From assembly GCA_017441585.1 (NCBI GenBank), contig JAFRWW010000009.1, positions 4,456-68,455 on the forward strand: a DNA stretch of 64,000 nucleotides, read 5' to 3'. Below, one piece after another: positions 36,671 to 47,200 of this stretch (positions are counted from its first letter, which is position 1; each line of letters opens with the position of its first letter). The notes below the pieces were generated by a model that was not told where the DNA came from, did not search any database, and saw only the letters and a list, made by a program, of their open reading frames with translations. The position numbers and the translations under genes were made by a program. This DNA comes from Lachnospiraceae bacterium. Lineage in GTDB: Bacteria; Bacillota; Clostridia; Lachnospirales; Lachnospiraceae.

Positions 36671-39349
36671 TCAGTTTCCAAGCTGTGAAAGGCGCTCCTT
36701 CACCTGTTCCATCATCTTTTCATAGCCGGCAAGTTTTTCCTTTTCCTCTTCAATCTTCTTAGCCGGAGCCTTGCTCAAAAACTTCTCGTTTGAAAGCATA
36801 CCTCTGGATCTGTTGAGCTCGCCTTCAAGACGCTTTTCCTCTTTTTTGAGACGGTCCAGTTCCTTTGAGATATCTATGAACTCGCCCAGGGGTATATATA
36901 CGGTGACCGCGGCGGTCACTACCGATACCGCATCCTCGGGTATGCCGTCCTTATCCTTCTGTACAGTGAGCTTTGATGCACCTGCAAGGGTCTCAAAGAA
37001 CAGGGCGCTGTCTTCAAATACCTTGAGTACGGCCTCATCCTTCGACACCACATACATGGCTGCCTTTTTCGAAGGAGCCACATTCATCTCGGCGCGCACA
37101 TTACGGATGCCCTTTACGGCGTCCTTAATGACATCTATGTCATCAGCTTCTTTTTCAAAGCATCTGTCCTCACGGTAAACGGGCCAGGCGGTGATCATGA
37201 TGGAGTCAGCTTCCCTCATATCATCACCTTCCGTCAATGTACAGTATATCTCCTCCGTGATAAAAGGCATGTAGGGATGCAGCAGCTTAAGCGCATCTAT
37301 GAGCACGCTCTTTAAGGTATACAGGGCTGCATTCTTACCGGCATTATCCTCCTTGGAATAAAGCCTGGGCTTTATCATCTCGATATACCAGTCACACAGT
37401 ACATCATAGATAAAGTCATATATCTTTGATACCGCGATGCCCAGCTCATATTTTTCCATGTTGTCGGTGACCTCGCGGATCACGTCGTTGAGTCTGCAAA
37501 GAACCCACTTATCCTCGGGATACAGCTCATCGGCTGCAGGCTTTGTGATATTGGCAGACTCCATGTTCATCATTATGAATCTGGAAGCATTCCATACCTT
37601 GTTTGCAAAGTTCCTGCTGGCCTGGACTCTGGAATCGGAGAATCTCATATCATTGCCGGGGGCATTACCGGTTACCAGTGTAAAGCGCAGCGCATCCGCG
37701 CCGTACTGCTCGATCACCTGAAGAGGATCGATACCGTTGCCCAGGGACTTGCTCATCTTCCTGCCCTGCTCATCTCTTACCAGTCCGTGGAAGAGCACTG
37801 TGGAGAAAGGCTTTTGACCCATCTGCTCATAGCCTGAGAATATCATTCTGATAACCCAAAAGAATATGATGTCATAACCTGTTACCAACACATCCGTGGG
37901 ATAGAAGTAATCCAGCTCTTGTGTCTTTTCAGGCCATCCCAGAGTGGAAAAAGGCCACAGTGCCGATGAGAACCAGGTATCAAGCGTATCCTCATCCTGC
38001 TTAAAATGCTCACAGCCGCACTTGGGGCACTTATCCGGCATGCCTGCTGCCACAACGATCTCACCGCACTTTTCACAGTAATATGCGGGGATCCTGTGTC
38101 CCCACCAGAGCTGTCTGGATATACACCAGTCCCTGATATTGTCGGTCCAGTTAAAATAGGTCTTGTCCATGCGCTCAGGCACAAGCCTAATATCGCCATT
38201 CTTGACTCCGTCTGAGGCAGGTCCTATGAGCTCGTCCATCTTAACGAACCACTGCTGCTTTACAAGGGGCTCAACGGTAGTCTTACATCTGTCATGGGTA
38301 CCTACATTGTGAGAGTAATCCTCTATCTTTACCAGCAGACCTTTTTCTTCCAGTTCCTTTACGATGGATGCCCTTGCTTCATATCTGTCCATCCCCTCAT
38401 ATTTGCCGCCGTTTGAATTGATGGTGGCGTCATCATTCATTATGTTCACTATGGGCAGATCATGTCTCTTACCTACTTCGAAGTCGTTAGGGTCATGGCC
38501 GGGGGTGATCTTTACCACGCCGGTACCGAATTCCACATCCACATAATCATCAACCACTACGGGGATTTCCTTATTCACTATAGGCAGTAATACCTTACGG
38601 CCATGCAGATAGGTATATCTCTCATCCGAAGGGTTGACTGCCACCGCGGTATCACCCAGCATGGTCTCGGGTCTGGTGGTGGCAAAGGTCAGAAACTCGC
38701 TGTCGCTGACACTGCCGTCCTCATTGATGAGGGGATATTTGATGTGCCACAGATGTCCCTGCTGCTCCTCATACTCCACCTCCGCATCGGATATGGAGGT
38801 ATTGCAGACAGGACACCAGTTGATTATGCGGCTTCCCTTATAGATGAGTCCTTTTTCATGAAGCTTGCAGAACACCTCGGTCACGGCCTTATTGCAGCCC
38901 GCATCCATGGTGAAACGCTCTCTTTGCCAGTCACAGGAAGATCCCAGCTTGCGAAGCTGCTTAGTGATACGTCCGCCGTATTCTTCCTTCCACTTCCAGG
39001 CTCTCTCCAAAAATTTTTCCCTGCCCAGATCGGCCTTGTCTATGCCTTCCGACTTTAAGGTCTCTATGATCTTTACCTCGGTAGCTATGGAAGCATGATC
39101 CGTGCCGGGCTGCCAAAGGGCATTATATCCCTGCATCCTCTTGAAACGGATAAGGATATCCTGCATGGTATTATCCAGTGCATGACCCATGTGCAGCTGC
39201 CCCGTGATATTCGGAGGGGGCATCACTATGGTAAAGGGCTTTTTAGACCTGTCCACTTCTGCGTGGAAATACCCCTTCTCCTCCCATTTTTTATAAAGCG
39301 CATCCTCCATTGATGAAGGATCGTATGTTTTTGCTAATTCTTTGGACAT
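36671..39349 (-). CDS. valS: valine--tRNA ligase
   Basis: HIGH motif (PNITGQLHMGHAL), KMSKS motif (GRKMSKSLGN), a CP1 editing domain and a C-terminal coiled coil. 892 aa. Confidence 0.97.
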   Translation of the reverse strand: MSKELAKTYDPSSMEDALYKKWEEKGYFHAEVDRSKKPFTIVMPPPNITGQLHMGHALDNTMQDILIRFKRMQGYNALWQPGTDHASIATEVKIIETLKSEGIDKADLGREKFLERAWKWKEEYGGRITKQLRKLGSSCDWQRERFTMDAGCNKAVTEVFCKLHEKGLIYKGSRIINWCPVCNTSISDAEVEYEEQQGHLWHIKYPLINEDGSVSDSEFLTFATTRPETMLGDTAVAVNPSDERYTYLHGRKVLLPIVNKEIPVVVDDYVDVEFGTGVVKITPGHDPNDFEVGKRHDLPIVNIMNDDATINSNGGKYEGMDRYEARASIVKELEEKGLLVKIEDYSHNVGTHDRCKTTVEPLVKQQWFVKMDELIGPASDGVKNGDIRLVPERMDKTYFNWTDNIRDWCISRQLWWGHRIPAYYCEKCGEIVVAAGMPDKCPKCGCEHFKQDEDTLDTWFSSALWPFSTLGWPEKTQELDYFYPTDVLVTGYDIIFFWVIRMIFSGYEQMGQKPFSTVLFHGLVRDEQGRKMSKSLGNGIDPLQVIEQYGADALRFTLVTGNAPGNDMRFSDSRVQASRNFANKVWNASRFIMMNMESANITKPAADELYPEDKWVLCRLNDVIREVTDNMEKYELGIAVSKIYDFIYDVLCDWYIEMIKPRLYSKEDNAGKNAALYTLKSVLIDALKLLHPYMPFITEEIYCTLTEGDDMREADSIMITAWPVYREDRCFEKEADDIDVIKDAVKGIRNVRAEMNVAPSKKAAMYVVSKDEAVLKVFEDSALFFETLAGASKLTVQKDKDGIPEDAVSVVTAAVTVYIPLGEFIDISKELDRLKKEEKRLEGELNRSRGMLSNEKFLSKAPAKKIEEEKEKLAGYEKMMEQVKERLSQLGN

Positions 39350-39575
39350 TATTCTTCCTCTTGTGTAGTTTAATTTATATATATCTTACGTGAGCAAGCT
39401 CCCGACGACATATTTCTTTCAAAATGCAGCTGCTATTCAGAACAGCACCTCGAGAATCTTCGATTCTCTCGGTTCATTGGACTCGTCCAATATCTGACTT
39501 CGTGAAAAATGTCTTATGTGAGCTAGCTCCCAACGACATTTTCCCCGAACCCAGATGCTGTTCTGAATAGTTAAC
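39350..39575 (-). promoter_or_regulatory. structured 5' leader of valS, unclassified (not recognisably a T-box)
   Basis: A 14-nt perfect long-range inverted repeat (39433-39446 / 39557-39570) encloses two hairpins at 39452-39468 and 39477-39490. There are two 28-nt direct repeats (39384-39411 and 39512-39539, 25/28 identical). Confidence 0.4.
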
Positions 39576-39581
39576 TGAAAC

Positions 39582-39610
39582 ATTATACACTAAATCATTT
39601 CATAAAACAA
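39582..39610 (-). promoter_or_regulatory. sigma-A type promoter of valS
   Basis: Minus sense: TTGTTT (39605-39610), 17-nt spacer, TATAAT (39582-39587). Confidence 0.55.
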
Positions 39611-39647
39611 TCGTTAACTTTTACATCCTGAAAATTCCGTCTTGGGA

Positions 39648-41075
39648 TCATCTGAAGTACAGGTTCATATCCACATCACCGGTGATGCCGTCCACGCGTC
39701 CTTTTCCCGAATACTGCCATACATCAAATTTGTAGGGGAAATAAATATCATCACTGTAATATGCGAACCACTTCGGGATATCCTCCACCTCATCCATGTT
39801 GAGCATCAGCAGCATGGATTCCATATTGCCGTATACCATGGCATCATATCCCGCCGCCCCGACGGTATCGCAAAAGGCCCTGGTATTTTTAGTCATCTGA
39901 TCGGCACCGATGGAATTCATGCGCCCACCGTTCACCCGCTCCAGATCATAGGCAATGGGAAGTGCTATCTCATTTCCCCCCAGCAGATTCAGGACAAACT
40001 CAGCCTCTTCTATGGCCTCCTCTTCATTCACTGCCTGTGTAAAGAAATAGACTCCTATCTCTATACCGTTGGCGCTGGCCTGTGCGGCGTTTTCCAAAAA
40101 GGTCTCATCTATCTGTATCTCTCCGCTGCCATAGCCTCTGAAACCTGCTCGAAGAAAAGCATATTTTACACCGGATCCGGCCACCTTACTCCAGTCAATG
40201 ACTCCCTGATATCTGGATACGTCTATGCCCTTTACGGCCATACGTCCGTCTCCCATATCATAATCCAGCGAGCCGTCGGGATTTTTTATCAGGAACTCTT
40301 CACTGAGATCATGCTTACTGAGATCGTCCCTGATGGGGAAGAAATAATATTTCTTACCGCTTATGACCATAATGTCGTCCACAAAAAGTTTTCTCAGTGC
40401 GGCGGTAGTGCCCACTCCGTCGCTGAGGGCTTCCTTCATGGCCTCGATACGATCACCTGCAGACATATCCTCTTCAAAGCCATCCTGGGCTGTGGCAGAA
40501 TCCTCATCATTTTCTTCATCCCCTGCGGGAACAATGTCTGCCATGGCTTCATCCCAGCCTATCTCCTCAGGTTCGTCCTGTGCCGTATCCGTATCGTTTT
40601 CTGTCTCAGTCTGAGCGTTACTTTCCCTGACGCTGTCCCAGTCGATGACGGTGACGTGATCCAGATCCTCCGCCTTAAGGGGTTCATCCCCGCTTCCTTC
40701 GCTTCGGTCACTTTCCTCCATGAGGAGCCTCTCCGCATCATCATCATAGGAGGAAAAAAGCTTGTCCAGTTCCTCGTAGGATATGCCCGTATCTTCCGAG
40801 AGATCCTGGATCTCTTCCTCGGACATCTCCCTTTCCCCGGAACTCACCTGTCCCAGCAGGGTGGCAAAATCAGAGACCGAAACCTTTTCCTGCCTGAATA
40901 TATTAAAGACATAACAAAGACTGACACCTATTATGATACCGCCGAAAAAAAAGATACCGGCCCTTATGTAAGCCCTGATCATCATCCTGCGGCGAAGAGC
41001 CTGTTTTTTCTCCTCGTCGCGCCTGGCCTCCAGGGCGTCAAGCTGTATTTGATTCAGATCGTTTTTGTTACTCAT
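39648..41075 (-). CDS. membrane-anchored GH25 muramidase (lysozyme)
   Basis: N-terminal TM (IFFFGGIIIGVSLCYVF), a long acidic linker and a C-terminal GH25 domain (GIDVSRYQGVIDW...YFFTQA...WQYS). Confidence 0.8.
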   Translation of the reverse strand: MSNKNDLNQIQLDALEARRDEEKKQALRRRMMIRAYIRAGIFFFGGIIIGVSLCYVFNIFRQEKVSVSDFATLLGQVSSGEREMSEEEIQDLSEDTGISYEELDKLFSSYDDDAERLLMEESDRSEGSGDEPLKAEDLDHVTVIDWDSVRESNAQTETENDTDTAQDEPEEIGWDEAMADIVPAGDEENDEDSATAQDGFEEDMSAGDRIEAMKEALSDGVGTTAALRKLFVDDIMVISGKKYYFFPIRDDLSKHDLSEEFLIKNPDGSLDYDMGDGRMAVKGIDVSRYQGVIDWSKVAGSGVKYAFLRAGFRGYGSGEIQIDETFLENAAQASANGIEIGVYFFTQAVNEEEAIEEAEFVLNLLGGNEIALPIAYDLERVNGGRMNSIGADQMTKNTRAFCDTVGAAGYDAMVYGNMESMLLMLNMDEVEDIPKWFAYYSDDIYFPYKFDVWQYSGKGRVDGITGDVDMNLYFR

Positions 41076-42351
41076 ACGGAATAAAATCTATACTGCGATC
41101 CAGTATCCCTCCTGCAGCTGCCAGTACCAGACCGTAATTGGTTATGGGTACACCCGCTCTTTCACAGAGCTTATACCGTCTTTTCATTTCCTTTTCGCTT
41201 AGCATGCAGCCTCCGCAATGTATCACGCAGGAAACCTTCTTAAGATCATCGATACTCCCGAAGGAACCTCCGCTTGAAAATACATATTCCAAAGTACTGC
41301 CGTTTATCTTCTTAAGTGCACGGGGGATTTTAACCGTACCGATGTCACCGCACATCCTGCGATGGGTACAGCCCTCGGATATCATCACCCTGTCCCCATC
41401 CTTTAATCCCTTTATAGCCTTTATGCCTTCCATTGAAGCTTTAAGAATCCCCTTATGTCTGGCCATGAGTATGGAAAAGGAAGTAAGCCTCATATCCGAA
41501 GGGACTATCTGTGCCACCTTTGCAAAGGCCTGGGAATCGGTCACCACCAGCGACGGGGTGATCTGCGTTTTTTCAAACTGCTGCATGAGATCCTCAAGAT
41601 GCGTATCCCTCACCGTCACGGCAAAGGCTCCTGCCTCGATGAGTTCCCTTATGGTCTGCTGCTGGGGAAGGATGAGCCTGCCCTTGGGGGCTGCGTCATC
41701 TATGGGTACCACCAACACCACCGTGTCATTTTCACTGACGAAATCGGCCACGATGGGATAAGCCGGATCCTCCTGCAGATCGAATGAGGCGATGGCGCGT
41801 TTAAGCTCATCGATACCGTCTCCTAACAATGCACTCACATATAAGGTCTCTTTTGTGTTTTCCAAAGCTGCATCATCTGCTCCCAATCTTTGATCGAAAG
41901 AGCCCGTCCCGGCTTTGAGAGACTTCAAGGATTCTCTGTTAGGAGAATCCTCCTTTGTCAGATCGGTCTTATTAAAGACTGTAAGATATGGACACTTTTC
42001 TTTTTTAAAAAGTGAAATGATCTCCTCATCCCTTTTACATAAACCCCTATTGGCATCCACCACCAGTATGGCAAGATCCGTTATGGAAAGGACCTCCATA
42101 GTCCTTTCTATACGCCTTTCAGCCAGTTCACTCTCATCGTCAAGTCCCGGCGTATCCGTGATGAGCACGGGACCTATGGGCAGCATCTCCATGGCCTTGC
42201 TCACAGGGTCGGTGGTGGTCCCCCTGACGTCCGATACCATCGCGATATCCTGCCCCGTTAAGGCGTTGATCAGACTGGATTTGCCCGAATTGACACAGCC
42301 GAATATACCTATGCGGAATCTTTCACCATTGGGAGTAGAATTCATGCTCAT
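41068..42351 (-). CDS. hydF: [FeFe]-hydrogenase maturation GTPase HydF
   Basis: GTPase motifs G1 GCVNSGKSS, G3 DTPG and G4 NKTD. The C-terminal FeS-binding pattern is CTH...HCGGC. Confidence 0.8.
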   Translation of the reverse strand: MSMNSTPNGERFRIGIFGCVNSGKSSLINALTGQDIAMVSDVRGTTTDPVSKAMEMLPIGPVLITDTPGLDDESELAERRIERTMEVLSITDLAILVVDANRGLCKRDEEIISLFKKEKCPYLTVFNKTDLTKEDSPNRESLKSLKAGTGSFDQRLGADDAALENTKETLYVSALLGDGIDELKRAIASFDLQEDPAYPIVADFVSENDTVVLVVPIDDAAPKGRLILPQQQTIRELIEAGAFAVTVRDTHLEDLMQQFEKTQITPSLVVTDSQAFAKVAQIVPSDMRLTSFSILMARHKGILKASMEGIKAIKGLKDGDRVMISEGCTHRRMCGDIGTVKIPRALKKINGSTLEYVFSSGGSFGSIDDLKKVSCVIHCGGCMLSEKEMKRRYKLCERAGVPITNYGLVLAAAGGILDRSIDFIPYE

Positions 42352-43496
42352 TCCGTCTTATCACCTCGAAGCTCCCACAGCGCCGTAGTGTCCCTCCATG
42401 CCCTTCCTCTGAAAATAAAGGCGGAACACTTAAAGGACAGCAGTTCAAAATCTCCGTGGTAAAACTCCCAACGGTCATCATCATCATTATACATTATGTG
42501 GGTGATGAAAGCCTTGGCCGGGAACTCATCGGTGCTTATGTCACTGATCTCGAAAAGCTCCACTTCGACCTCATCCGCCAGTTCACAGAATTCCATTTCC
42601 GCTACAGTGATGAGATTATCGGAGATATCATTTTCCGCAGCCAGAGTCTTGGCCCGCATATAATATCTGCCCTTCCTGTAACTGAGTTCTATGTCAAGTC
42701 CCGATGCGCCCTGAAGCATGAGTCCGAAGATAGCCGGATTGTCAAACTCCATGTACTTTTTGAAATAGTTTTCGGGAAGCTGTTTCCTTACTCTCTCATA
42801 GGCCTTGTTTATCTTTTCGGCCACCTTTGTGTCACCGAATTTCTGAGAATTCCGACTGCGCAGATCGATGGCGTATCTGGCCTGAACATAATGATAATAA
42901 GCCAGTTCCAGATTCTTTTCCACGCCTATCCCTTCTTCATAAAGATTGCCCATTCTTAAGGATATGTCAGCAAACTTTCCGTTATAGCTGCCCTTGCAGA
43001 AAATATCATAATTGTCATCATACATGCTTATGATGATATTTGCGGCGCAGCCTTTGTTTTTAAGGGCGCCGTTGCCGCTTATCATCATATCCGCGATCTT
43101 ATAGCGTGATTCATATATGCCGGCGATGGCTCCCACCGCAAAATATTTGAACGCCTCATCATACTGGGGAACCCCATTATTGCAGCGTCCGTAATAATAG
43201 ATATATCCCAGAGTATTGTAATAAAAGGGATTATTCTCTCCGTCCAGTTCCACCAGCTTTAAAAGACATCTCTTTGACTCCTCCCAATCACAGTCAAAGA
43301 CACAGTTGCCGCCGTAACAGCCATAAGCCTTTGCATTCAAAGCCTCGATCCAGTCCTTCTCAAGGCCGTACTCCACGCTTTCCTTATAGGCCGCGCGAAT
43401 ATTGGAACCGGCCATTTCCAGCTCGTCCTCATTATTGCTGTAATATCTTATAAACTCTTTTTTATCTTCATCTGTAACAGGTTTTTTCTTTTTCAT
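42348..43496 (-). CDS. Sel1-like repeat protein, function unknown
   Basis: Sel1/TPR-like repeats (AFKYFAVGA..., MGNLYEEGIGVEKNLELAYYHYVQA). The C-terminal about 130 aa is unassigned. Its stop overlaps the hydF start (ATGA). Confidence 0.5.
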   Translation of the reverse strand: MKKKKPVTDEDKKEFIRYYSNNEDELEMAGSNIRAAYKESVEYGLEKDWIEALNAKAYGCYGGNCVFDCDWEESKRCLLKLVELDGENNPFYYNTLGYIYYYGRCNNGVPQYDEAFKYFAVGAIAGIYESRYKIADMMISGNGALKNKGCAANIIISMYDDNYDIFCKGSYNGKFADISLRMGNLYEEGIGVEKNLELAYYHYVQARYAIDLRSRNSQKFGDTKVAEKINKAYERVRKQLPENYFKKYMEFDNPAIFGLMLQGASGLDIELSYRKGRYYMRAKTLAAENDISDNLITVAEMEFCELADEVEVELFEISDISTDEFPAKAFITHIMYNDDDDRWEFYHGDFELLSFKCSAFIFRGRAWRDTTALWELRGDKTE

Positions 43497-43498
43497 CT

Positions 43499-44263
43499 TT
43501 AAAGCCCTTTATATTTTTTGCTCATATATATGGCCAGGACAGCCAGTCCCACAGTCTGTGTCATGTGAAAGATGACCGAGGTCCAGACTATGCCCACGCT
43601 CCTGTTGAATATGACCAGCGTATTCATGCTAAGTATCATAAAAGCCAGCGTGTAAACTGCCGTTACGGCAAACGCGACTATCTTGAGCAATACGTCCTTG
43701 AGGAATACTCCCGTGACAAAGATCCCCAGCATTATGGCGATCTGCATGCCCATATACTTGAACCCATGAGTATTATTATAGAAATCGACAAAGGCATTTG
43801 CCATGGCCTGATCGGACATGTCAAACAAGGTGGACAGAGCAGCCACAAAGTCACGGTAAATGATACTGGTCACATCGTACACCAGCTCAGCTCCTATGAA
43901 TATGGCAGCCCAAAGCTGCATAAGCTGCGAAATGGAATATGCCGACAACGAAGAAAGCTTGTCTCCAAGAGCTTCTCTCTGGAGCTTGGCCATCTCGATC
44001 ATATCATCATCTCCCACGGTGGATGCCAGCTTCTTAAGCTTCATCCATGCCATGTAAAACAAAACCATGATGATCAACAGCTTTATGAATGAACAGATCA
44101 TACGGCTGTTCCAAAGTGACATCTCCAGCATGTCCGGAGACGTGGAATAAGCCCTCTTAAGGATCAGCCTCTGGATACTTTCCACCGATTCAAAAACCAG
44201 ATTAAAAAGGGCGGTTCCAAGTATCACCCCGGAAAGTATATGATTCTTTTTATTTATATACAT
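43499..44263 (-). CDS. hypothetical polytopic membrane protein
   Basis: 254 aa with about 6 hydrophobic segments and no recognisable motif. There is a 2-nt gap to the next gene. Confidence 0.5.
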   Translation of the reverse strand: MYINKKNHILSGVILGTALFNLVFESVESIQRLILKRAYSTSPDMLEMSLWNSRMICSFIKLLIIMVLFYMAWMKLKKLASTVGDDDMIEMAKLQREALGDKLSSLSAYSISQLMQLWAAIFIGAELVYDVTSIIYRDFVAALSTLFDMSDQAMANAFVDFYNNTHGFKYMGMQIAIMLGIFVTGVFLKDVLLKIVAFAVTAVYTLAFMILSMNTLVIFNRSVGIVWTSVIFHMTQTVGLAVLAIYMSKKYKGL

Positions 44264-44275
44264 TTATTTACAGCC

Positions 44276-47200
44276 TTATCGCTTTAACTTTTTCTTATTT
44301 GAAGAATGACTCTTTGCCAGAATCATATCATCCATGACAGCATCGATGATATCCTCCGGATCACCCTCATACTGCTGTGTAAAGATCAGGCCTATGCTGG
44401 CTGAGAGCACATAATTTCTGTTTCTGATGGAAAAAGCCGAAAACAGACTCTTCTGAAGCTCTCTGTATATCACAAAGACTGCCCTGGATGAAATGGGTCC
44501 GGGAATAAAGATGCCGAACTGGTCATCGCACATACGTCCCAGGATCACATCATCGGGTATCATGGACTTAATGATAGCTATGACATTTACCATGAGCTCA
44601 TTCAAATATTTGGTTCCCAAAGCCTCCCTTATAATGGAGGATTTATCCATGTCCACTATCATCAGGGCGCCCTTCATATCCTGTTCATCCCTGACGGCAC
44701 CGCGCACCATATCTTCAAAGCTTTCTTTTTCATACAGACAAAGGATGTCGTTCCACTGCACATCACCCTTTATATATTTTTCATACTCGGCACATTTATT
44801 CAGACTGCGCAGTCTGACCATGGCGCACATGTGGCCTTCCTTATTTGTGAACACATCCACATCAATGGCGCGCCAGTTCATCTTACCATTGCTGTCCATA
44901 TACCGATAGGTCTTGGTAAAGCACTGGTTGCCGTCCACATATTCCCTTACTATGCCTTCCACCGCAGTATAATTCCGGAACATTTCGGCGGACTGTTCAC
45001 TCACATGATGCGCAAGGAGTTCCTTTATAAGCTCCGAATATTTCATGTCCTTTTTGACATAGCTGAATGATCCGCGAACCTCCGTTATCAGATCATCATC
45101 AAAATCTATCCTGAATATCATACGATCAGCAACAGTCTTATCCATATTCTGATCCAAAAGAAGCTGGCGCTCCCTGGTCTGATTCTGATACAGCTGGTTC
45201 ACATCCTCGCCCAGGCCGATGGCCTTTATGGGATTACCATCGGCGTCAAAGATGACGGTGTAATCTATGTGCATCCAGATATAGGTAGCGTCCCTCTGTA
45301 TCTTTTTGACCATGACCACGGCATTTTTACCGTTTCTCAGATCATTATATGCATTCCGGTAATCCTCCACAAAATCGGGATGAATAGACTTTGATTCAAT
45401 GTAAACATCCGGTACGTTCTGAATCCACTCACCCATGCCGTCATCATCTATTGCATTGGCGGAACGATGTAAAAGACCGGTCTCTATATCCCACTCCCAT
45501 ATCTTTACATTTGAGTTTTTGAAGGCGTAGGAATACATTTTCATGTTTTCCCGCTCCAGCTTATCGGTATAAAGCTTTGACAGATTATTGCGGACAGATT
45601 TGCACATCTCTCCGAGATGTTTAAGGTCCGAATCCGTAAACTGCTTGTCCGAAGCATCATATGTGGTGAATATCACGACAGTCATCTGATCGTTGAGTGC
45701 CGTACGGTAAAGTGTTACATGACGCTCGCCTCCGGAGAAGAAAAACTCCTGAAGTGAATCATCGTATGAATCATAATCATTTATGGACAGTATACTGAGA
45801 CCATACTTATCCGCCGGCAGCCTCATGATATGCTCGTCCAGTTTCCTGATCACCTTGGGATCGTAATATACCTGTCTCTTTCCGTCCACACTGAGGGACA
45901 CTCCACCCAGTTCATTTACGCCACGGGTCCTGGTAAAGATAAGTCCGGTGGATTGAGCGGCCACGCCATAGTTGATGGCAGCCAGTATCCTGTCTATTAT
46001 CACTCTCTCATCCTTTTGTGTCTCAAAAGCGGAAAGAATATCAAGCAGCGCATCTTCTGCCTTTTCATTTGAGATATCACGCAAGGCTCCCACTATGGCT
46101 CTGGGGGTGCCGTCGGAAGTGGTAAGGATCTTACCGTCCATGCGAAACCATCTGAAGCCCTGACTCATGCCGCCCACTCCCCGAAGCCGCATATCATAAG
46201 ATCTGATATCCCTGTCATTGATCATACGGTCCAATTCGCCGGCGTCATCAGGAAAAATATATGCTCCGGAAGTAACGCTCTTTTTGAAGGAGGTGATCTC
46301 TATGCGGGACATTTCCTTCGAGCCCTCTCCCGTCTTCATGTCATAGATCATAAGTATATCATTTTCCAGATCATACTGGAAAAGCATGGCCATCATCTGC
46401 ACAAGAGCCGTCCTGTACCAGGAGAGTTCGTCATCGCTGTGAAAGCCCTCTGTCATATCCTCGGCATTGATTATGCCTATCCTGGCATTATCATCCGATG
46501 CCGTCACCTTATCCGGATCCGAAAGGAATATCTCAATCTCTTTTTTGGGCATGGGCTTGGCGTACAGATAACCCTGAGCCCTTATACAGCCTATGGACTT
46601 AAGGAACGCAGCCTGGGTCTCAGTCTCCACGCCCTCTGCTATGACTATCAGATCAAGCCTCATGGCCATCTCCACTACAGACTTAAGGATGTAGTTAGCC
46701 TTTACGTTATGATCCATGTTGTAGAGGAACTTAAGATCCAGCTTCAGCACATCCACCGGCACATCCTTAAGAGTATTAAGCGAAGAATAACCGGAGCCGA
46801 AATCGTCCATCAGGATCACGAAGCCGCTGGATTTAAGATCCATGATCATCCTGATCATCTGTTCCGGATCGTCAGTCACCGCCGATTCGGTGATCTCCAG
46901 CTGGATATACTCTTGAGGGATATTATATTTTTCCACCAGACTTATGAGAAAGGCAGTCAGATCCTTATTGTACAGTTCTGCCCTGGATACATTTATGGAC
47001 ACGGGGCACACGGTATATCCCTCGTCAATCCACTCCCTCAGATCACGGCATACGCACTCCCATACATACTGGTCAAGCGCAGAGATAAAACCGTTTTTCT
47101 CGAATACGGGAACAAATACTCCCGGAGAGATAATGCCCTTTTCGGGATGTATCCATCGAACAAGAGCCTCGGAGCCGATGAGCTTGCCGCTCTCCATATT

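Noticed and set aside
39350-39647. A T-box riboswitch upstream of valS.
   Set aside because: I looked on both strands for the conserved T-box sequence (GGGTGGTACCGCG) and a matching terminator/antiterminator and found none. The region is reported instead as an unclassified structured leader. A cmscan could overturn this.
39642-41084. A 480-aa plus-strand ORF, among the longest non-annotated ORFs in the track.
   Set aside because: It is exactly antisense to the GH25 muramidase gene, which has clear domain motifs. Its translation is low-complexity (rich in I/L/H/F/G) with no motif. The long open frame is explained by the sense strand's GAA/GAT/GAG-rich acidic linker, which lacks antisense stop-generating codons. 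The same reasoning applies to 48918-49826, 46439-47263 and 60647-61414.
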